Assembly (NCBI GenBank): GCA_035390665.1
Contig: DAOOUC010000001.1
Span: 1-32,000 of the forward strand
Direction of reading: 5' to 3'
DNA: 32,000 nucleotides
Origin: an archaeon
GTDB lineage: Archaea; Iainarchaeota; Iainarchaeia; Iainarchaeales; CSSED10-239
A program made the position numbers and the translations under genes. Every line of letters starts with the position of its first letter. Within the stretch, counting starts at the first letter, position 1. The notes under the pieces are model-generated. The model made no database searches and was not told the origin of the DNA. It saw nothing but the letters and a program-made list of their open reading frames with translations. Below are positions 27,247 to 32,000 of this stretch, piece after piece.

Positions 27247-27425
27247 TTTTCGGGGGGGTAGCTGTCCAGTGCAATCTACTGTTTTCTGGTGGGTAATCTG
27301 CCCGATTGTGTGTTATTCTAATGGTGCTCCTTTAAAAAATTGCTTTACACAAATTTTTGGCTTCTATAAAACCAGACAGTAGAATAACCGGTTTTGCCAG
27401 AGATCGGTTGGTAGAGTGCCCGGTT
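27247..27425 (+). ncRNA. Candidate structured ncRNA, copy C
   Basis: Block 1 identical to copy A; block 2 TTGTGTGTTATTCTAAT at 27306; long-range stem CTACTGT(TTT)CTGGT (27276-27290) with ACCAGACAGTAG (27371-27382); AACCG/CGGTT (27386-27390/27405-27409); possible closing CGGG (27251)/CCCG (27419), then TTTATTTTT; TATA-like AAATATATATT at 27217. Confidence 0.55.
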
Positions 27426-28711
27426 TATTTTTGAGATAATAGCCACTGATATAATGGAATATAATATATTGTATTTTTGCCAAGCTTTTCTTCTTTAGAT
27501 AGATCTTTAGTAATTATTGTGCCTTTATCTATATTTAATGAAGCCATAGCTTCTAGAAGACCATTTATTTCTCTATCTTTTGTAGAGTCATTAAAATCAA
27601 AACAAACTTGTATTGCTTCTACTTTGTTATTAGTTACGGCAATAAAATCACATTCGCTTTTACCTTTAAAATAGTAAACTTCTTTATTTTTTCTTTTTAG
27701 CTCAATAAAAACAAGATTTTCAAAATTCCAGCCATCGTTAGTGCCTGGTCTTTTAAGTAAACAATTAGAAAGACCTGTATCTATTACATAACATTTTTTA
27801 GGATTACTGTTTTGTTTTCTTTTTGAATTTGAATATATTGGTACAAAGAAAAAATACATTGTGTTATCTATATAATCTGAAAACAAATAAAGTGTGTCTT
27901 TACTTATTGCTCTATTTTGAGACTTTAAATAATTATAATAGCTATTTACTGAAAAACCCCTTGAGTTGTTATTTACTAAATACAAAAGTAAATCTTTAAC
28001 TATGTCTATTTGCTTTATGTTATATCTTTCTATAATGTCTCTAAAAATTAGAACATTAAAATAATTTTGTAGAACTTCGCACCTTATTTGTGAATCTATT
28101 GCTATTACTTCTGGAAAGCCCCCATTTGTTAGATAGTTTTCTAATTCTCTAACTAAGACATGCCTTTTAGAAGAATATATAGTTGTATTATCAACCTTAA
28201 TTCCCTTAAACTCTAAATATTCTATAAAACTAAAAGGATAAACATAAATATCATAGGTTCTACCTCTTAATTCTGTTGATATTTCTTTACTTAATAATTT
28301 TGCTGAAGAGCCAGTAATAAATATTTTACATCTCTCTTTGTCGTAAATTCTTCGTATAAATTTTTGCCAACCATCTACACTTTGAATTTCATCAAAGAAA
28401 AAATAAATTTCCTCACCTTTATTTTGAGGATATAACTCAAAGTAATAATCTAAAATCTTTTGAAAATCAGTTATATTAAAATCCGAAAGTCTTTCATCTT
28501 CAAAATTTAAATATATTATTTTATCTTTTGAGATATCTTTTAAATCATATATTATCTGATATAGCATACTTGTTTTACCTGATCTTCTTGGGCCAATTAT
28601 TGTAATTATCTTATTTATATCTGGTATTTTATAATATCTAGGCAATAATTTTTTTTCAGGACACCCTTCTAATAATATTACTTTAAATAATTCTTTGTCT
28701 AACATAAACAC
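27425..28711 (-). CDS. AAA-family ATPase (AAA_14/DUF4143)
   Basis: 428 aa; Walker A ITIIGPRRSGKTSMLYQII, Walker B YFFFDEIQSVDGWQKFIRRIYD, ITGSSAKLLSKEISTELRGR; C-terminal NFENLVFIELKRKNKEVYYFKGKSECDFIA. Confidence 0.92.
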   Translation of the reverse strand: MFMLDKELFKVILLEGCPEKKLLPRYYKIPDINKIITIIGPRRSGKTSMLYQIIYDLKDISKDKIIYLNFEDERLSDFNITDFQKILDYYFELYPQNKGEEIYFFFDEIQSVDGWQKFIRRIYDKERCKIFITGSSAKLLSKEISTELRGRTYDIYVYPFSFIEYLEFKGIKVDNTTIYSSKRHVLVRELENYLTNGGFPEVIAIDSQIRCEVLQNYFNVLIFRDIIERYNIKQIDIVKDLLLYLVNNNSRGFSVNSYYNYLKSQNRAISKDTLYLFSDYIDNTMYFFFVPIYSNSKRKQNSNPKKCYVIDTGLSNCLLKRPGTNDGWNFENLVFIELKRKNKEVYYFKGKSECDFIAVTNNKVEAIQVCFDFNDSTKDREINGLLEAMASLNIDKGTIITKDLSKEEKLGKNTIYYIPLYQWLLSQK

Positions 28712-28744
28712 ACACCATAATATATTTAGTTACAAACACATTAA

Positions 28745-28802
28745 AAAGGTTTCCTTCTAAAAAGGAAAGATTTTACTAAAGGTTTCCTTCTAAAAAGGAA
28801 AG
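28745..28802. repeat. Two tandem 25-nt hairpin-forming repeats
   Basis: AAAGGTTTCCTTCTAAAAAGGAAAG exactly twice (28745-28769, 28778-28802); each contains TTTCCTT/AAGGAAA. Confidence 0.9.
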
Positions 28803-28821
28803 GATTGAAAAAACATAAGAA

Positions 28822-29490
28822 TTATCTTCTTAGTTTAGATAATTCTGCATTTTCTCTTTTTAGATCATATATCATCTGAGCATAACCATGAGTCATTTCT
28901 GTTATTATGTGACTTGTTTGTTGAAGATCAGAAATTGTAACTGTGTATTTATCTGGTTTTAAGATTTCAACAGAAGTTGCCCCATAAAAGTAAATTAATC
29001 TAAATAAAGAACTTATATTTGGGCAACTAAGCTCTGCAGAAATAAAAGTAGAAAAAAGATCTTCATGAAGTATAATTTCAGCAATATCTAAAGAATATAT
29101 AGTATAAACTTCATCAGTTTTTAATGCAGAACTAATTTGCTCCATTGCTTTTCTTAAATCTCCTTTATCATTAGCTTTAGATTCAATTAAAATTGCAACC
29201 TTTATTTGGTTCTTATCAGTTTCTGCAATTTTCTTTTTTTCAGATAAACTTTCTTGAACTTCTTTAGATAAAGAGTACTTTATTGGGTATCCTTCCTTAG
29301 TTATTAACTTTAAAAACAACATATTTTTTAGAACCTTAATAAGTTCGTCATATTTTGCGCCAGGAATTGCAGACAATAACTCATCTTCGGTTTTAGAACC
29401 GTTTTTAAGTTCTTTGCCAACAAGGGTTTGTAACTCTTGTATTGCAACTCTTTCCTTTAATTGAGAGGATTCATAATCTAATTCAGTCAT
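28822..29490 (-). CDS. HTH-domain transcriptional regulator (TrmB-like)
   Basis: 222 aa; winged-helix-like N-terminus LQTLVGKELKNGSKTEDELLSAIPGAKYDELIKVLKNMLFLKLITKEGYPIKYSLS. Confidence 0.6.
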   Translation of the reverse strand: MTELDYESSQLKERVAIQELQTLVGKELKNGSKTEDELLSAIPGAKYDELIKVLKNMLFLKLITKEGYPIKYSLSKEVQESLSEKKKIAETDKNQIKVAILIESKANDKGDLRKAMEQISSALKTDEVYTIYSLDIAEIILHEDLFSTFISAELSCPNISSLFRLIYFYGATSVEILKPDKYTVTISDLQQTSHIITEMTHGYAQMIYDLKRENAELSKLRR

Positions 29491-29561
29491 ATATTTTCAC
29501 ATTTAATATATAATTTATTAGAGATTAAGTATTTAAAAGGTTTATAATCTAGAAATAATAG

Positions 29562-29795
29562 ATGAACTACTTATATTTACTTACTGGAATTATACTAATA
29601 ATTGTTGCAATAATTATATTTGGATTATTAAAAAACATCTTACTAAATAGTATTCTAGGAGCACTTGGGTTTTTAGTTTGCTATTTTATATTTGGAATAA
29701 AACTTCCTTTATTACCAACAATAATAGTATCTTCCATTTTTGGACTAGCGGGCCTTGGAGCAATGCTTGTCTTAAGATTTTTTGGAATTTCTTAA
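29562..29795 (+). CDS. BofA-like small membrane protein
   Basis: 77 aa; LLKNILLNSILGALGFLVCYFIFGIKLPLLPTIIVSSIFGLAGLGAMLVLRFFG, similar to archaeal BofA-family proteins. Confidence 0.7.
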   Translation: MNYLYLLTGIILIIVAIIIFGLLKNILLNSILGALGFLVCYFIFGIKLPLLPTIIVSSIFGLAGLGAMLVLRFFGIS

Positions 29796-29798
29796 AAA

Positions 29799-30065
29799 TC
29801 AAAAATAACCCTTATACCATTTTTCATATTGTGTATGATTTCCTACAAAAACAACTGTTCTTGTTTTTGTGATTTTATTTTCAAAAAATGCAATTCTGTA
29901 TTGCCCAACTTCTAAAATAAAAAAATTTACTTTATTAAAATGTCTAGCACAGATATCAAATTGTAATTTATTTATTTTTTTAAAAATGTGTTCTTGGATT
30001 GTTTGATCTAAATCATTAAAATAAATATCCCAATTATTATCAAAATTTATAGTCCATGTGCCCAT
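29799..30065 (-). CDS. RelE/ParE-like toxin
   Basis: 88 aa; WDIYFNDLDQTIQEHIFKKINKLQ...FFILEVGQYRIAFFENKITKTRTVVFVGNHTQYEKWYKGY, a RelE-fold pattern; paired with a small upstream gene. Confidence 0.75.
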   Translation of the reverse strand: MGTWTINFDNNWDIYFNDLDQTIQEHIFKKINKLQFDICARHFNKVNFFILEVGQYRIAFFENKITKTRTVVFVGNHTQYEKWYKGYF

Positions 30066-30132
30066 AAAAATAGGAATAAATTAAAATATATAATAAAATG
30101 TAATTACAACTATTTTGGATAAATGAAAAAAA

Positions 30133-30408
30133 TTACTTCTTTTTTAACAAATGCTCGTGCTTTTTCATAACTTCTTCATAAGTTATGTATTTCTGATTAT
30201 TTGCTTTCATTTCTTTTTCTTTTTTCTTAAATGCAGCGATTAATTTTGGATCATTTATTTCTTTTATAGTATCTACTAGTTGATATTTATCATTCAATGT
30301 TAGAATGCTAATCTTTAAAGCATCAGTTTTGGATCTAGCAATACCTACTTCTACTGCTTTTTGTAATACTAATTCTGGAAACCCTTTAATTTCTACTGTT
30401 GTTCTCAT
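30133..30408 (-). CDS. Antitoxin-like protein (partner of 29799..30065)
   Basis: 91 aa; MRTTVEIKGFPELVLQKAVEVGIARSKTDALKISILTLNDKY resembles a RHH-type N-terminus. Confidence 0.65.
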   Translation of the reverse strand: MRTTVEIKGFPELVLQKAVEVGIARSKTDALKISILTLNDKYQLVDTIKEINDPKLIAAFKKKEKEMKANNQKYITYEEVMKKHEHLLKKK

Positions 30409-30458
30409 GCATCAATTCACTATGTATTTAATGCACAGAAATATTTAAAAAATAATAG

Positions 30459-31322
30459 TTAAATGTTCCCTAAATAAACATTTTCTAAACCTTTGTCTTT
30501 TGCTATTTTTTCTGCAAGCTTTAAGGTTTCTATTTTGGTTGGAGTGATGTGTTTTAGACGATAATGTGGAAAAGATCTAGAAAAATGTAGAGGGATTTTT
30601 GGAGAAACAGAAACAATAAAGTCAACAACCTCTTCTATTTCTTCTTTTGAAGTATTATAATTTTCAATCAAAAGATTTGTTATCTCTATGTGAATGTTGT
30701 GGTTGTGTAGCTCTTTAATGTTTTCTTTAATGTGCTTTGTTTGTATGCCTGGAATTAAAGTATCATAAAATTTTTGTGCCCCTTTTAAATCAACATTAAT
30801 GGCATCTAAATATGGAAGAATATCTTTTAAATACTCTTTTGAAAAATAAGCATTACTTACAAAGATATTTTTTATACCTAACTTCTTTGTTTTTTTCATA
30901 ATATCTAATGCATAGTCTCCAAACACAGTTGGTTCTGTGTAAGTGTAAGAGATTGATGGACAATTATTTTCAAGAGCCATATTAATTATATCATCAGAAG
31001 TAAATTCCTTTAATTTAGATAAATCAATATTCTTGCTGTTTGAGATTGTGTGATTTTGACAAAATGCGCAATCAAAATTACAACCTGGTGTTCCAAAAGA
31101 AAGAGTTCTTGTTTTTGGTAAAAAATGATAAAGTGGCTTTTTTTCTATAGGATCAATATTAATAGAAATTGGCTTATTATAAACTAAAGAAAAAAGTTTT
31201 CCATCAATATTTTTTCTAACCTTACAAAAACCAGTTTCGTTTTCTCTAATAACACAAAAACGACAACATAGATTACACAAAACCTTATTATCATCAAGAG
31301 ATTTAAAATATTTTGATAACAT
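30459..31322 (-). CDS. Radical SAM enzyme, AmmeMemoRadiSam-system type
   Basis: 287 aa; LCNLCCRFCVIRENETGFCKVR, LSFGTPGCNFDCAFCQNHTIS (CxxxCxxC), SYTYTEPTVFGDYALD. Confidence 0.9.
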   Translation of the reverse strand: MLSKYFKSLDDNKVLCNLCCRFCVIRENETGFCKVRKNIDGKLFSLVYNKPISINIDPIEKKPLYHFLPKTRTLSFGTPGCNFDCAFCQNHTISNSKNIDLSKLKEFTSDDIINMALENNCPSISYTYTEPTVFGDYALDIMKKTKKLGIKNIFVSNAYFSKEYLKDILPYLDAINVDLKGAQKFYDTLIPGIQTKHIKENIKELHNHNIHIEITNLLIENYNTSKEEIEEVVDFIVSVSPKIPLHFSRSFPHYRLKHITPTKIETLKLAEKIAKDKGLENVYLGNI

Positions 31323-31354
31323 AAAAAAAAGAAAAAATAAGATTAATTAAAATC

Positions 31355-31987
31355 TTATCTTGGTCTTAGGAAGAAAAAATAACCTACTGCTCCAATAACA
31401 ACTAAAATTCCACCAATTATTGTTACTACTCCGCCTGGGCTACTTGCAAAACCTGCAAAACCTGTTAAGCCACTTGGACTTGGAGTTTCAGCAATTGGAG
31501 TTTCTTCTAATTGAGTAGTTTCAATAGGGGTTTCAACAACAGGGGTTAATGTTTCTCCATTACCTGCATTTGTATTTTCTGGAACAGGTTGTGGTTGTTC
31601 AACTACTGGTTCTGAAACTACTGGAGTCTCTTGAACAGGAGCTTCTGCTGGTTCAACAACCTCGGTAACTGGAGTTGGTCTAATTCTTCTTCCACCGCCT
31701 CCACCTGTTGTTGCAGGAGCAATTACATTAACTGTTCTTGTAACTTCTATTGCGCCATTACCTGCTCTGTCTTTAACATTATATGTTATTGTATATGTTC
31801 CTACTGTTGTTGTATCTACTGGATTAACTGTTATTACAACGTCTGTGATATCTCCGTCTACATCGTCTGTGGCGGTTACACCTGCGTCTGTGTATGTTTC
31901 TCCTAAAGTTACATTAACTGTTGCATCGCCTAATAATGTTATTACTGGTGCAACTTCATCTACTGGTGGTACTGGTGGTTCTATCAT
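31355..31987 (-). CDS. Surface protein C-terminal part with DUF5011/Ig-like domain, Pro/Thr/Glu-rich stalk and C-terminal TM anchor (partial)
   Basis: PVITLLGDATVNVTLGETYTDAGVTATDDVDGDIT...GTYTITYNVKDRAGN; stalk PVTEVVEPAEAPVQETP...; C-terminal VVTIIGGILVVIGAVGYFFFLRPR. The frame stays open (VFPK-MIEPP) to the window edge. Confidence 0.85.
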   Translation of the reverse strand: MIEPPVPPVDEVAPVITLLGDATVNVTLGETYTDAGVTATDDVDGDITDVVITVNPVDTTTVGTYTITYNVKDRAGNGAIEVTRTVNVIAPATTGGGGGRRIRPTPVTEVVEPAEAPVQETPVVSEPVVEQPQPVPENTNAGNGETLTPVVETPIETTQLEETPIAETPSPSGLTGFAGFASSPGGVVTIIGGILVVIGAVGYFFFLRPR

Positions 31988-32000
31988 TTTTGGAAAGACT

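Noticed and set aside
17921-27272. Integron-like attC cassette array
   Set aside because: No integrase and no recognisable R'/R'' core sites (GTTRRRY/RYYYAAC) in inverted arrangement. Kept only as a generic direct-repeat hypothesis.
27386-27424. tRNA-like string (CCAGAGATCGGTTGGTAGAGTGCCCGG) resembling a tRNA D-arm
   Set aside because: No anticodon arm, T-arm (GGTTCRA) or matching acceptor follows before the ATPase gene ends at 27425. It is better explained as part of RNA candidate C.
27247-27425. Possible RNase P RNA or SRP RNA
   Set aside because: Some short strings loosely resemble RNase P CR-I/CR-V and the SRP Alu region, but the conserved elements are not in the correct order or exact form. 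Multiple partial copies also argue against a single-copy housekeeping RNA.
28745-28802. CRISPR mini-array
   Set aside because: Only two repeats with an 8-nt spacer and internal hairpins; no cas genes; spacing far too short.

Overview
The window is AT-rich archaeal DNA. The gene content (topoisomerase VI A/B, MCM, RPA-like OB-fold protein, aIF1A, aIF2-beta, RIO1 kinase, KH protein, presenilin-like GxGD protease, S-layer protein) suggests a small-genome, DPANN-like archaeon. Positions 1-17300 are mostly core and informational genes. Positions 17300-30400 are more accessory: two toxin-antitoxin-like pairs, a VirB11/TadA-like secretion ATPase, Bro-N-like and ORF6N genes, two AAA (DUF4143-like) ATPases and an S-layer gene with a structured leader. 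The strongest unusual signal is a repeated non-coding element. A 26-nt block, TTTTCGGGRGGGTAGCTGTCCAGTGC, occurs at 17921, 21277 and 27247, always on the + strand. Each copy has a TATA-like box centred about 29-30 nt before its CGGG and lies head-to-head with a minus-strand gene for a probable DNA-binding protein. The B and C copies share a second block and look like roughly 155-175 nt structured RNAs. Each sits in a similar layout: KilA-N/Bro-type gene, ncRNA candidate, AAA ATPase. Other notable items are a CYTH-like domain fused to a VIT/CCC1-like membrane domain, a gene interrupted by one in-frame TAA with 110 further sense codons, a pseudoknot-capable S-layer 5' leader, and several hairpin or palindrome elements. 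All family calls come from reading motifs by eye; no database search was run.
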